Assembly: GCA_013697825.1 (NCBI GenBank)
Contig: JACCWD010000090.1
Coordinates: forward strand, 1,318 to 65,317
Direction of reading: 5' to 3'
Length of the DNA stretch: 64,000 bases
Source of the DNA: Rubrobacter sp.
GTDB taxonomy: Bacteria > Actinomycetota > Rubrobacteria > Rubrobacterales > Rubrobacteraceae
Part shown: positions 19,496-28,893 of the stretch, piece after piece
Numbering within the stretch: the first letter of the stretch is position 1
Layout: each line of letters opens with the position of its first letter
Position numbers and translations under genes: made by a program
The notes under the pieces: generated by a model
The model's input: the letters and a program-made list of their open reading frames with translations, nothing else
What the model was told of the DNA's origin: nothing
Database searches by the model: none

Positions 19496-20800
19496 ATGGC
19501 GCAGCGGGCCACCATGCCGATGATCCTCGCGCTCGCCATTTGCACGCTCGGGTTCGCGACGCTCATCTTCGTTCAGGAAGCGACGAGTCCGCCGCTCATA
19601 TACGGGGCTTATTACGCCGGGACGCTCTTCGCGCTTTACCTCGCGGTTCGGCTGTGGCTGCCGAACTCAGACATCCTCATATTGCCGCTCGTAACGATGC
19701 TCACGGGGATCGGGCTTGTGATGATCTTCCGCCTCACGTACGACGTGCCGGACGCCGAGGGCCTCGCGATAACGCAGGCGGTCTGGATCCTCGCCGGGAG
19801 CGGCGCCCTCCTCCTCACCGTCCTCCTCTTCAGAAATTACCATCGCCTCTTCGACTACAAATACCTCTTCGCCTTCGCCGCCCTCTTCCTCATATGCATC
19901 ACCTTCACGCCGCTCGGATACGAGGTGAACGGCGCGAGGCTGTGGGTTCAGATCGGGCCGGTCAACTTCCAGCCCTCGGAGTTCGCCCGCATCGCGCTCA
20001 TCATTTTCTTCGCCGGATATTTGGCGGAGAAAAGGGATCTCCTCGCGGCGACGAGCCGGACGTTCATGGGGATTCAGTTTCCGGCGATCAAATATTTCGG
20101 CCCGGTCGCGCTCGTGTGGGCGGCGTCTCTCGGTCTTCTCACCTTCGAGAAGGATCTCGGGAGCAGTTTGCTTTTCTTCGCGATCCCACTCCTCATGCTT
20201 TATGTGGCGACGGGGCGCATCGCGTACGTCATACTCGGGAGCGGCATGTTCGCCGTCGGCGCGACGATCGCGTACTTCCTCTTCTCCCACGTGCAAGTTC
20301 GGGTGAGGGCGTGGATCGACCCGTGGCAAGACCCCGACGGCGAGGGTTTCCAAATCCTCCAAAGCCTCTTCAATATCGCCGACGGGGGACTCACCGGCAC
20401 CGGACTCGGGGCGGGCTTCGCCCAAACCATCCCCGAAGTCCAAACCGACTTTATCTTCTCCGCGATCGCCAGCGAACTCGGGCTTCTCGGCGGAACCGCC
20501 GTACTCCTCGCGTTCCTCGTCTTCGTGTACCGGGGAATAAAGATCTCGCTCATGGCGACGGACGACTCCTCGAAGCTCCTCGCGTACGGCCTCACGACGA
20601 TGTTCGCTATTCAAACCCTCGTCATCATCGGGGGTATCACGAAGGCGATTCCGCTCACGGGGATCACGCTCCCGTTCATCTCGTACGGAGGATCTTCGAT
20701 CATCGGCAACTTCATCATCGCGGGCATTCTTCTCGTGATCTCCGAGAAGGCCGGAAAGAAGGAACGTGAAACGCCTTCGTATGGCGGGGGTTCGGGATGA
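19496..20800 (+). CDS. rodA: FtsW/RodA/SpoVE family peptidoglycan polymerase
   Basis: Polytopic SEDS protein with QPSEFARIALIIFFAGYL and TGITLPFISYGGSS motifs. Confidence 0.9.
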   Translation: MAQRATMPMILALAICTLGFATLIFVQEATSPPLIYGAYYAGTLFALYLAVRLWLPNSDILILPLVTMLTGIGLVMIFRLTYDVPDAEGLAITQAVWILAGSGALLLTVLLFRNYHRLFDYKYLFAFAALFLICITFTPLGYEVNGARLWVQIGPVNFQPSEFARIALIIFFAGYLAEKRDLLAATSRTFMGIQFPAIKYFGPVALVWAASLGLLTFEKDLGSSLLFFAIPLLMLYVATGRIAYVILGSGMFAVGATIAYFLFSHVQVRVRAWIDPWQDPDGEGFQILQSLFNIADGGLTGTGLGAGFAQTIPEVQTDFIFSAIASELGLLGGTAVLLAFLVFVYRGIKISLMATDDSSKLLAYGLTTMFAIQTLVIIGGITKAIPLTGITLPFISYGGSSIIGNFIIAGILLVISEKAGKKERETPSYGGGSG

Positions 20801-22389
20801 ACCGCCACCTCCGGAGGTCTTTTTATTTCTTCGCCCTCGGCTTCGTCGCGCTCGTCGGGGTTCTCGCGTACTGGCAGGTTTACGCGAGCGAATCACTCGC
20901 CAACGACCCCGAAAACGGTCTCCAAACACGAAGGGCCATCGAAGCTCCGAGGGGCTTCATCTTCGCCGGGGACGGCGAGACGGTTCTCGCCCAAAGCGAG
21001 GAGCAACCCGCCGAGGGCGGCCAAAATCCGACGTACAGCCGGATATATCCGCAAGGGCCGCTCTATGCGGGGATCGTCGGATATTGGAGCACGCGGTACG
21101 GGGCGACCGGGGTTGAGATCGCCGAGAACGCGAACCTCTCGGGAACCGCCGACCCTGCGACTTTGGATGAACTCATAAATCAAATGTCCGGCGGGCCGCA
21201 GCCGGGAAACAACGTCGTCCTCACGCTCGACCATGAACTCCAGCAAATCGCGTACGAAGCCATCGAAAACAGCGACACCGGGAGAGGCTCGCTCATGGCG
21301 ATGGATCCGCAAACCGGGGAGATCCTCGCACTCGCCTCGTTCCCCTCGTACGACCCGAACAACATCGACGAGAACTTCCCGAACCTCCTCGAAGACCCGA
21401 ACGAGCCGCTTTTGAATCGGGCGACGCAAGGTCTTTATTCGCCCGGCTCGGTCTTCAAAGTCGTGACGGCGGCGGCGGCACTCCGGAGCGGGGTCGAGCC
21501 GTCGGACCGCTTCAATGACAGCGGGACGTACGAGCAGCCCGGCTATACGGTCGTGAACTATGATGACGGGGTGTACGGGGCGGTGAACTTCGCGCAGGCG
21601 CTCGCGCTCTCCATAAACACTATCTTCGCCGAGGTCGCCGTCGAGGAGATCGAGAGCGGCGAACTCACCGAGACCTCGCAGGATTTCGGGTACGGTGACG
21701 AGTACGAGGACTTCGCGCTCCCGATCGCCCCGAGCCAACTCGGGGAGGGGAACATCGCCCAGATCGCCTTCGGGCAAGACACGAACGTCTCGAACGTCTT
21801 CGAGATGGCGCTCGTCGCGGCGGCCATCGGCAACGACGGCTCGATGATGGAGCCGCGCCTCGTCCGCGAAGTCCGCTCCCCGGACGGAGTCATCATAGAC
21901 CGCCTGCAGCCGCAAGAAAGAACACAAGTTCTCGAACCGGAGGTGGCGAACACTTTGCAGGATATGATGGTCGGCGTCATCGAGGAAGGAACGGCGACTG
22001 TGGCGCAAAGGCCCGGCGTCGAAATAGCCGGAAAAACCGGCACCGCCGAAGTTCCGCCGAACGACCCGAACTCGTGGTTCATAGCGTCGGCTCCGGCGGA
22101 CGAACCCGAGATCGCGGTTGCGGCCATGATCGAGAACGGCGGCGACGGCGAGGAGCAAGGTCTGCCCGTCGCGATGGCCGTCATCGACGCATACCTCGAA
22201 ACCGGACAAGAACCCGAAACCGAAGACTTCCCGGAACTCGGGCCGGACGGTTTGCCGGAAGAGCTTCCCGAGGGGCTTCCGCAAGAACTCCCGGAGGATC
22301 TCCCGCAGACTCAGCCGGGGGGTTTGCCCGAGAGCATACCGGAGGGTTTGCCGCCGGAGATACAAGAATTCTTCGAACAAAACCAGTAA
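20797..22389 (+). CDS. pbpA: Class B penicillin-binding protein (PbpA-type transpeptidase)
   Basis: Transpeptidase motifs SPGSVFK, SIN and KTGTAE. The ATG overlaps the rodA stop (ATGA). Confidence 0.9.
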   Translation: MNRHLRRSFYFFALGFVALVGVLAYWQVYASESLANDPENGLQTRRAIEAPRGFIFAGDGETVLAQSEEQPAEGGQNPTYSRIYPQGPLYAGIVGYWSTRYGATGVEIAENANLSGTADPATLDELINQMSGGPQPGNNVVLTLDHELQQIAYEAIENSDTGRGSLMAMDPQTGEILALASFPSYDPNNIDENFPNLLEDPNEPLLNRATQGLYSPGSVFKVVTAAAALRSGVEPSDRFNDSGTYEQPGYTVVNYDDGVYGAVNFAQALALSINTIFAEVAVEEIESGELTETSQDFGYGDEYEDFALPIAPSQLGEGNIAQIAFGQDTNVSNVFEMALVAAAIGNDGSMMEPRLVREVRSPDGVIIDRLQPQERTQVLEPEVANTLQDMMVGVIEEGTATVAQRPGVEIAGKTGTAEVPPNDPNSWFIASAPADEPEIAVAAMIENGGDGEEQGLPVAMAVIDAYLETGQEPETEDFPELGPDGLPEELPEGLPQELPEDLPQTQPGGLPESIPEGLPPEIQEFFEQNQ

Positions 22390-22399
22390 TGGGGACGGT

Positions 22400-22405
22400 T
22401 ATAAT
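22400..22405 (+). promoter_or_regulatory. Possible -10 box (TATAAT) giving a leaderless pknB transcript
   Basis: A perfect TATAAT ends 8 nt before the GTG start of pknB. No clear Shine-Dalgarno in the 24-nt gap after pbpA. Confidence 0.3.
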
Positions 22406-22413
22406 CTAGCGTC

Positions 22414-24495
22414 GTGGAACAGCTCGTAGACAATCGGTACAAGATCATGGAACCGCTCGGGAGCGGCGGGATGGCCGACGTTTTCCTCGCCCACGACAAC
22501 GTCCTCGACCGGAAGGTCGCCCTCAAAGTGATGAGCGGTCGTTACGCCTCCGACGACGAGTTCGTCGAGCGGTTCCGAAGGGAGGCGCAGTCGGCGGCGG
22601 CTCTCTCCCACCCGAACATCGTCTCCATATACGACCGGGGCGAGTCGAAGGACGGGACGTATTACATCGCGATGGAATACCTCTCCGGCGGGACTTTGAA
22701 GGATCGGATCGTAAAGAAGGGTGCGATCCCCGCGAAAACCGCGGCGGCGGTCGCCGCGCAAATCGCCGAAGCGCTCAAAGTGGCGCACGACCGGGGCGTC
22801 GTCCACCGCGACATAAAGCCGCACAACATCCTCATCACCGAGGGCGGCGACATAAAGGTGACGGACTTCGGGATCGCCCGCGCCGCCTCGTCGTCCACGA
22901 TGACGAAGACGGGCGCGGTGATGGGGACGGCCCACTATATTTCGCCCGAACAGGCGATGGGCGAGTCGGTCGGCCCGGCGAGCGACCTTTATTCGCTCGG
23001 GGTGCTTCTTTACGAGATGCTCACCGGGCAGCTTCCGTACGACGCGGACACGCCCATCGGCATAGCGATGAAGCACGTGAACGGGCAGCTTCGCCCGCCT
23101 CGGGAGGTCAACCCGAACGTTCCGGCGGGAATGAACGCGATCGCGGTGAAGCTCCTCCAGAAAGACCCGGAGCATCGGTACGCGAGCGATCAAGAACTCA
23201 TAGACGACCTCGAACGCGCCTCGCGCGGCGAATCCCCGACGAGCGCGGCCGCCACGCAAGTCATGAACCGCGCCGGAAAAACGGACGGCACACAAGTCAT
23301 GCCGCCCGTCCCGCCGCGGCAAAGCGAAAAGAAGAATCGGTGGAGAAAGCTCGTGCCGCTCATTCTTCTCGGGCTGCTTCTTCTCGCGCTCCTCGGCTTC
23401 GCGGGGTACAACCTCCTCTCCTCCGAGCCGGAGACGCCGCGAGTCAACGTCCCGGATCTCACGGGCCTCACGCTCGAAGAGGCGCGGGCGGAGGCGGGAA
23501 ACAACCTCACCGTGGTGGAAGGAGACACCGAGGACGGGCCGGACGAAGCGGGGATCGTACTCGATCAAGACCCGAGTTCGGGCGGCGGACAAGTGGATGA
23601 AGGCTCGGAGATCGAGGTCACGGTTTCGAGCGGGCAAAACGACGTTCCGAACGTACTCGGTGGTGAGCGGGGAGAGGCCGAGCAAGCCCTCTCCGACGAA
23701 GGCTTCGAGGTCGAGGTCGAGACAGCCGAAAGCGACGAGGAAGACGTGGGGCAAGTCATAGATCAAAGCCCCTCGGGCGGCTCGACGGAGGATGTCGGCT
23801 CGGCGGTCGTGATCACGGTCGGCTCGGGGCCGAACTTGGTGGCCGTGCCGGATATTCCGGTCGGCACGTCCGAGAGCCAGGCGTCGTCGCAACTCGAGTC
23901 CGCCGGACTCTCGCTCGGCTCCGTGTCGGAGACGGAGAGCAGCGACGTTGCGGAGGGCGGGGTCGTGGCGCAAGACCCGCTCCCCGGCACCGAGGTCGAG
24001 GAGGGAACCTCGGTCTCCGTCACGCTAAGCTCGGGGCCGCCGCAAGTGGAGGTTCCGAACGTCGTCGGGAGCGACATAACCAGCGCGGCCCAGACGATGC
24101 TGAACGCCGGGCTCGGCTATCAGCCGGCGGGGATAGAAAGCTCGGAGGCCGTGAATACCGTCATATCCACGAACCCCAGCGCGGGAACCTCGCTGGAGGC
24201 TGGGTCGGCGGACTCCATAGTCACCATTACGTATAGCCTCGACGAGGCGGAGGAAGTCCCAGAACCGACGGTCGAGGAACCGACCACGGCTCCGGCCCAG
24301 CCAGACAACAACGACTCGAACAATGATGGATCGAACAACAACGACTCGAACAACAACGACTCGAATGACGATGGGTCGAACAACAACGGTCCGGCGAATC
24401 AGTCTCCGGCGCCTTCCGCCCCACAGAACGGGGGCGCAAATACGCCGGGCGGCAGCGGCTCCGGCCCGAACGACAACGATAACGACGATGATTAA
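22414..24495 (+). CDS. pknB: Ser/Thr protein kinase PknB with PASTA repeats
   Basis: Kinase motifs (GSGGMADVF, ALKV, HRDIKPHN, DFG), a TM helix, then four PASTA-like repeats (VPDLTG.., VPNVLG.., VPDIPVG.., VPNVVGS..) and an Asn/Asp/Ser-rich tail. Confidence 0.92.
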   Translation: MEQLVDNRYKIMEPLGSGGMADVFLAHDNVLDRKVALKVMSGRYASDDEFVERFRREAQSAAALSHPNIVSIYDRGESKDGTYYIAMEYLSGGTLKDRIVKKGAIPAKTAAAVAAQIAEALKVAHDRGVVHRDIKPHNILITEGGDIKVTDFGIARAASSSTMTKTGAVMGTAHYISPEQAMGESVGPASDLYSLGVLLYEMLTGQLPYDADTPIGIAMKHVNGQLRPPREVNPNVPAGMNAIAVKLLQKDPEHRYASDQELIDDLERASRGESPTSAAATQVMNRAGKTDGTQVMPPVPPRQSEKKNRWRKLVPLILLGLLLLALLGFAGYNLLSSEPETPRVNVPDLTGLTLEEARAEAGNNLTVVEGDTEDGPDEAGIVLDQDPSSGGGQVDEGSEIEVTVSSGQNDVPNVLGGERGEAEQALSDEGFEVEVETAESDEEDVGQVIDQSPSGGSTEDVGSAVVITVGSGPNLVAVPDIPVGTSESQASSQLESAGLSLGSVSETESSDVAEGGVVAQDPLPGTEVEEGTSVSVTLSSGPPQVEVPNVVGSDITSAAQTMLNAGLGYQPAGIESSEAVNTVISTNPSAGTSLEAGSADSIVTITYSLDEAEEVPEPTVEEPTTAPAQPDNNDSNNDGSNNNDSNNNDSNDDGSNNNGPANQSPAPSAPQNGGANTPGGSGSGPNDNDNDDD

Positions 24496-24501
24496 GCGTC
24501 G

Positions 24502-24747
24502 TCAGCCGGCGTAGCTTCGGAGGTCGGCGACCTCCTCCGGCGGGGAGACTTCGACGAAGCTGTGGCGTCCGATGGCGTTGTCTTTGATCCACGCTTTCTC
24601 GACGGGCTTTCCCTTTTCAGTGTCGTATCCGGTGTCGGCGTGGACGGCGAAGAACGTTCCGTCGGCGGCCTCGACTATGAGGATGGTGCGCTTTCCGGGG
24701 GAGTGGGCATGGACTTTGACCTTGTTTTTCCCTGCAAATTCAGACAT
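24502..24747 (-). CDS. Hypothetical small protein
   Basis: 81-aa ORF convergent with pknB. The composition looks coding-like; no recognisable motif. Confidence 0.35.
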   Translation of the reverse strand: MSEFAGKNKVKVHAHSPGKRTILIVEAADGTFFAVHADTGYDTEKGKPVEKAWIKDNAIGRHSFVEVSPPEEVADLRSYAG

Positions 24748-24868
24748 GGGACGAGTTTATACGAAGTGCGGGTCGAGTGGAAGCCGGGGCGGGAGCGAAA
24801 GTGGGCCGTGTTAAAATCCGCGCATATGAAGATGCGACACGACATTCACATTCGCGGAGGGAGCCGAT

Positions 24869-27388
24869 ATGTCAGATCCCATACCCAGAGATGGCGGACA
24901 TAGTTCCGATGGCGGCGGCGACAACGAAGACCGAAGTAATGACCTTTCACAAAGCCTCCCGCCGGAGAACCTTCCGGAGGAGCTTCTCCATGCGAGGCTC
25001 GGCCGCCTCGATACGAGGAAAGCCCTCGCCGACCTTTGCAAAAACATCCCCGGCTTGGAGGAGATCCTCCTCCCGAGGGGCATCCAGGCCGACGCTTTAA
25101 CGAGGAAGTCCGGCGGCGGAAGCCGGATGGCTCGCGACGTGTCCCGCCGCATAAAGCAATACCCGGCGGCGTGGGATGCCTTCCGAACCGCCGTGCGAAC
25201 CCAAATCCCACCCGAGACCCTCGAAGCGGTCGAAGGCATGTCGGTGGAGAATATCGAGGAACTCTCCGAGGCGCATGGGACGGAGAACCTTCTCGTGGCG
25301 GCGATCAGCCACGACGAGGAGGAAGGCGGGCCGGGGAAAGAGGCTCTCGACGCGCTGATCGAAGCGTGGTCGGAGGCGAGCCTTCAGGCGGAGCAGAAAG
25401 CGTCGAAGGACGCGCACGTGCGGGATCTCGAGTCCGAGGTCGAGCGGCTGCGACGCGAGAACGAGCAACTTTCGTTCGCGTCGAGGGCGGCGAAGCAGCA
25501 AGCCGAGGCTCTTTCGGAGGAGGTGCGAACCCTCACCGACGAGCGCGAGATGGGTTCGGCGAGGGTTCGGGAGGCCCGCGAGAGGGCCGAGTCGGCGGTC
25601 GGCGAGCGGGAGAGCCTCGACGCGAGGATCATGGAACTCGAGCGCCGCGAAGCGCAGCTTACGAGATCCCTCGAAGGCGAGAGGCGAGCGTACTCGAAGG
25701 CCGCCGAGCGGGTGGACGAGATGCACGCCGAACTCGGGAACGTCGTCGAGGAGCGCGACCGCATTCAAGATGCCCTCAAGAACGCCCGCTTCACGGACAA
25801 GGGCTTCGGGGAGCTCCTCGTGCGGGCGGTGAAGAACGAGGTCTCCTCGCTTCCGAACTCGCTCGAATCGGCGGCGCAAACAGCGAGGCTCCTTGAGTTC
25901 ATGGGCAAAGTTCTCCACGCCCACAGCGACCTTCGGGGCGGGCGGGAGACGAATTCCGCGTCGTCGTCGCGCACCGAGGATCCCGAAGACTCGGAGCCTT
26001 CCAAAGCCCGCACGGTCGAGGCCGGCGGGGACGAGTCCGGAATCGAAGCCGGGAACGGCGAGTCCGAGAACGGTGTTTCGCGGGCGAGGAAGGCGGAGGT
26101 GTGGGCGAAGCCGAGGCCGACGCTTTCTTTTCAGGCGCTTGGCGGGGCGGGGGAGGTCGGGGGGGCGAGCCACCTCCTCGACTTCGGGACGGCGAAGGTT
26201 CTCATAGACGCGGGAATAAAGCCCGACGGGAGGGGGCCGGCGGCCCCGGCCTTCGAGAAGGCCGAGGGTCTCGACGCGGCGATCATCACGCACGCCCACC
26301 TCGACCATTGCGGGGCGTTGCCGCTCCTCATGAAGATGCGCCCCGACCTCCCGATTTATTGCACGCCGCCCTCGGCGCGGCTCATCGTGAACGCGCTCAA
26401 CGACCACGCGGCGATGGGCGGGAGCATCCCCGGCGGCGTCCCGATACACGAGGTCGGCAAAAGGCTCATATCGGTCCCGTTCGGGAAGCCGTTCGAGATC
26501 GGGGGCGGAGTCGAGGCGACCCTCACCGAGAGCGGGCATATCCTCGGGGCGGCGAGCGTCCTTCTCGAATCCGGGTCGGCGAAGGTGTTTCACACCGGGG
26601 ATATATGCATGGAGGATCACTTCTCGATACCTTCGGCGAAGCTGCCGGATGTGAAGGACATAGACCTCCTCATCATGGAGGCGACGCTCGCGGATCAAAC
26701 CCCGCAGCCGTTCAGCGAGTCGGTGAAGACGATGGTGGAGGTCGTGAACGACACGACGATGAACCGGGGCGGGACGGCGCTGATCCCGACGTACGCGCTC
26801 GGTCAGGCGCAGGAGATAATCCTCGGCCTCAAACACTACGCGAGCGACCTCGACCGGGACGCCTTCATATACGTGGACGGCTCGGTGGTGACGATGAGCG
26901 AGAGGCTTTACGCGGAGCAAATCGGGTATATGAAGCCGTATTTGCAGCAATCCGACCCTCGGGAGGTCTTCTTCTCCGAGAACATCCGGGCCGTCGCCAA
27001 CGACGACGCGGCGCGGGAGCGGATACTCACAAGCCCGTGCGCGATCATCGCCTCTCCGGTGACTATGCAAGGCGGGGCTTCGGCGTTTTACCGGAAGCGC
27101 CTCGAAAAAAGCAAGAAGAACGCCGTCATACTTCCGTCGAACGCGGCGGCGGCGTACGGGGCGGCGGAGGCGGCGGGCGAAGAGAGGCAATGGCGGGTCG
27201 AAAGGGTGAGCTTCGCGGCTCATTGCACGCAAGGAGAACTCGTCGGCATCACTGAGAAGCTCTCTCCGCGGCAAATAATTCTCATCCACGGCTCGAAGCG
27301 GCGCATAAGCGACCTCGCGTTCCACCTCGCCCCGAACCACAAGATACATACCCCGTCGGTCGGCGAGACCGTGAGGACGGTGCTTTAA
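24869..27388 (+). CDS. MBL-fold beta-CASP nuclease with ~400-aa coiled-coil N-terminal extension
   Basis: C-terminal half has HAHLDHCG (HxHxDH), IMEATLAD, FAAHCTQGEL and LIHGS beta-CASP motifs. The N-terminal half is a charged heptad-like sequence (LESEVERLRRENEQLS..). GGAGGGAG lies before the ATG. Confidence 0.8.
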   Translation: MSDPIPRDGGHSSDGGGDNEDRSNDLSQSLPPENLPEELLHARLGRLDTRKALADLCKNIPGLEEILLPRGIQADALTRKSGGGSRMARDVSRRIKQYPAAWDAFRTAVRTQIPPETLEAVEGMSVENIEELSEAHGTENLLVAAISHDEEEGGPGKEALDALIEAWSEASLQAEQKASKDAHVRDLESEVERLRRENEQLSFASRAAKQQAEALSEEVRTLTDEREMGSARVREARERAESAVGERESLDARIMELERREAQLTRSLEGERRAYSKAAERVDEMHAELGNVVEERDRIQDALKNARFTDKGFGELLVRAVKNEVSSLPNSLESAAQTARLLEFMGKVLHAHSDLRGGRETNSASSSRTEDPEDSEPSKARTVEAGGDESGIEAGNGESENGVSRARKAEVWAKPRPTLSFQALGGAGEVGGASHLLDFGTAKVLIDAGIKPDGRGPAAPAFEKAEGLDAAIITHAHLDHCGALPLLMKMRPDLPIYCTPPSARLIVNALNDHAAMGGSIPGGVPIHEVGKRLISVPFGKPFEIGGGVEATLTESGHILGAASVLLESGSAKVFHTGDICMEDHFSIPSAKLPDVKDIDLLIMEATLADQTPQPFSESVKTMVEVVNDTTMNRGGTALIPTYALGQAQEIILGLKHYASDLDRDAFIYVDGSVVTMSERLYAEQIGYMKPYLQQSDPREVFFSENIRAVANDDAARERILTSPCAIIASPVTMQGGASAFYRKRLEKSKKNAVILPSNAAAAYGAAEAAGEERQWRVERVSFAAHCTQGELVGITEKLSPRQIILIHGSKRRISDLAFHLAPNHKIHTPSVGETVRTVL

Positions 27389-27395
27389 TAAGTTC

Positions 27396-27785
27396 GTGAA
27401 AGAATACATCGTCAACGAGAAAGGCGAGAGGACGCGCGTCATCCTCGGCATCGCCGAGTACGAGAAGCTCCGCGGAGCCGCCGAGGAGGCGAAACGGATG
27501 GCCGAACACCCCGGCATCTCGTTCCGCGGGCCGGAGGGCCGGAGGCGGGCGTGGGTTCTCGGCACGGGCTTCGATGTTTGGGAGGTCGTGGTCGGATACG
27601 AAGAGATGGGGCGGGAGAGGGTGCTTCGAGAGTCGAGCCTTTCGCAGAACGCATTGGATGCGGCTCTCGCTTATTACGAAGCCCATCCGGAAGAGATAGA
27701 CGAGAAGATCGAAGAAAACCGCAAACCGCTCGAATACTGGCGAGAGAAATACCCGAACCTCAACATCGGGATTTTCGAGTATTGA
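27396..27785 (+). CDS. DUF433 domain protein (putative antitoxin)
   Basis: The pattern LGTGFDVWEVVVGYEEMG..LSQNALDAALAYYEAHPEEID matches DUF433. GTG start 8 nt after the beta-CASP stop. Confidence 0.7.
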   Translation: MKEYIVNEKGERTRVILGIAEYEKLRGAAEEAKRMAEHPGISFRGPEGRRRAWVLGTGFDVWEVVVGYEEMGRERVLRESSLSQNALDAALAYYEAHPEEIDEKIEENRKPLEYWREKYPNLNIGIFEY

Positions 27786-28138
27786 CCCGGCTGCTTTTGG
27801 ACGAGCATTTGTCCGGGAGGGTCATCGGCAAAGCCCTCGAAGAACGCGGACACGACGTGAAGTCCATAAGTGGAGACAAAAAACTCGAAGGATCCGAAGA
27901 CGGCGAAGTGTTCGAACTCGCGATCTCGGAGGAGCGGGTTCTCGTGACGGCGAACGTCTCGGACTTCATGCCGCTCGTGATCGGGCTTAACGAATCCGGC
28001 CTCTCGCACTCCGGATGTCTCTTCATACCGAACAGTTTCCGCAACGAAAACTTCGGAGCCATCATCTCGGCGATAGAGAACCAACTCGAAAAAGCGTCCG
28101 GCGAGTGGGTGGATCTCGTGATATGGATCGAGCGATGA
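27782..28138 (+). CDS. DUF5615 family PIN-like protein (putative toxin)
   Basis: The TTG start overlaps the DUF433 stop (TTGA). Pattern LLLDEHLSGRV..GHDV..DGEVFELAISEERVLVTANVSDF. Confidence 0.7.
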   Translation: MTRLLLDEHLSGRVIGKALEERGHDVKSISGDKKLEGSEDGEVFELAISEERVLVTANVSDFMPLVIGLNESGLSHSGCLFIPNSFRNENFGAIISAIENQLEKASGEWVDLVIWIER

Positions 28139-28154
28139 CCGGAGAACGTCTTAT

Positions 28155-28252
28155 GGCTCGAAGCACCGCATAGCGACCTCGCCTTTCGTCTCGCGCCTGA
28201 TCACAAGATACACACGCCGTCGGTGGGCGAGACCGTGAGGACGGTTTTGTGA
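28155..28252 (+). pseudogene. Relic duplicate of the 3' end of the beta-CASP gene
   Basis: 98 nt aligning to 27290-27388 (about 80% identity, one 1-nt deletion). It still encodes ..DLAFRLAPDHKIHTPSVGETVRTVL-stop. Confidence 0.75.
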
Positions 28253-28266
28253 GGGAATACGCGCTT

Positions 28267-28893
28267 TTACCTCGGGAAGCGCGGCTCCGTCGGGAAAGCG
28301 CGGCCTTCTTCGAGGTTCCGGAGGGTGTATTCCCCTTCCGCCCATTTCCTCCCCGCCCCGCCGGTGAGGGCGGCGAGGTCTATGAGGCGGCCGAGGATGC
28401 GGAGGCAAAATCCGTTCGTTATTTCGTCGGTGTCGTCCACTTTCCCCCTCGCCTTCGCGACGAAGAGACCTTTCGTCTTCCATGTTCCGTCCCGGTACAC
28501 AGCGAATATTTGGCATGGCCCCTCCCCCGCCTCCGGCGTCCACCCGAGGATGCGCCCCGTATACCCGCTCGGGTCGAGGCTGTATCGGCTGAGTTCTTCG
28601 TGCATGAGATCCTCGTCGGTCTCGGCGGCGGCTCCGGGGACGGCGGCGAACGTGGCTTCGGCGGACTCGCCCGCCCCGGCGGCGGCTCGGATCGAGATCG
28701 AGGCTTCGCCCCTCGAAACTTCCATCTCGAACCCGGCCTCCTCCGCGAGCGAAGATGTGTATTCGAGACCTTCGAAAAGCCGTTCGGAGAATTTCCTCGC
28801 CGCCCCTTCCGCTCTACGAAGGTTTTCGAGCGAGCCGTCGGCCTCACCCCGGTATCGGCGGAGCCTCGTGAGGGCGGCGTCCTCGAAGGTCAT
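28267..28893 (-). CDS. Hypothetical protein
   Basis: Start set at MTFEDAAL (28893). The longer ORF 28267..29244 runs across a repeat element and into the SDR gene. No recognisable domain. Confidence 0.5.
   Translation of the reverse strand: MTFEDAALTRLRRYRGEADGSLENLRRAEGAARKFSERLFEGLEYTSSLAEEAGFEMEVSRGEASISIRAAAGAGESAEATFAAVPGAAAETDEDLMHEELSRYSLDPSGYTGRILGWTPEAGEGPCQIFAVYRDGTWKTKGLFVAKARGKVDDTDEITNGFCLRILGRLIDLAALTGGAGRKWAEGEYTLRNLEEGRAFPTEPRFPR

Noticed and set aside
28151-28543. 130-aa minus-strand ORF overlapping the relic gene end.
   Set aside because: Its Arg/Pro-rich composition is antisense to the hypothetical gene 28267..28893 and to the duplicated beta-CASP 3' fragment, which explains the sequence better.
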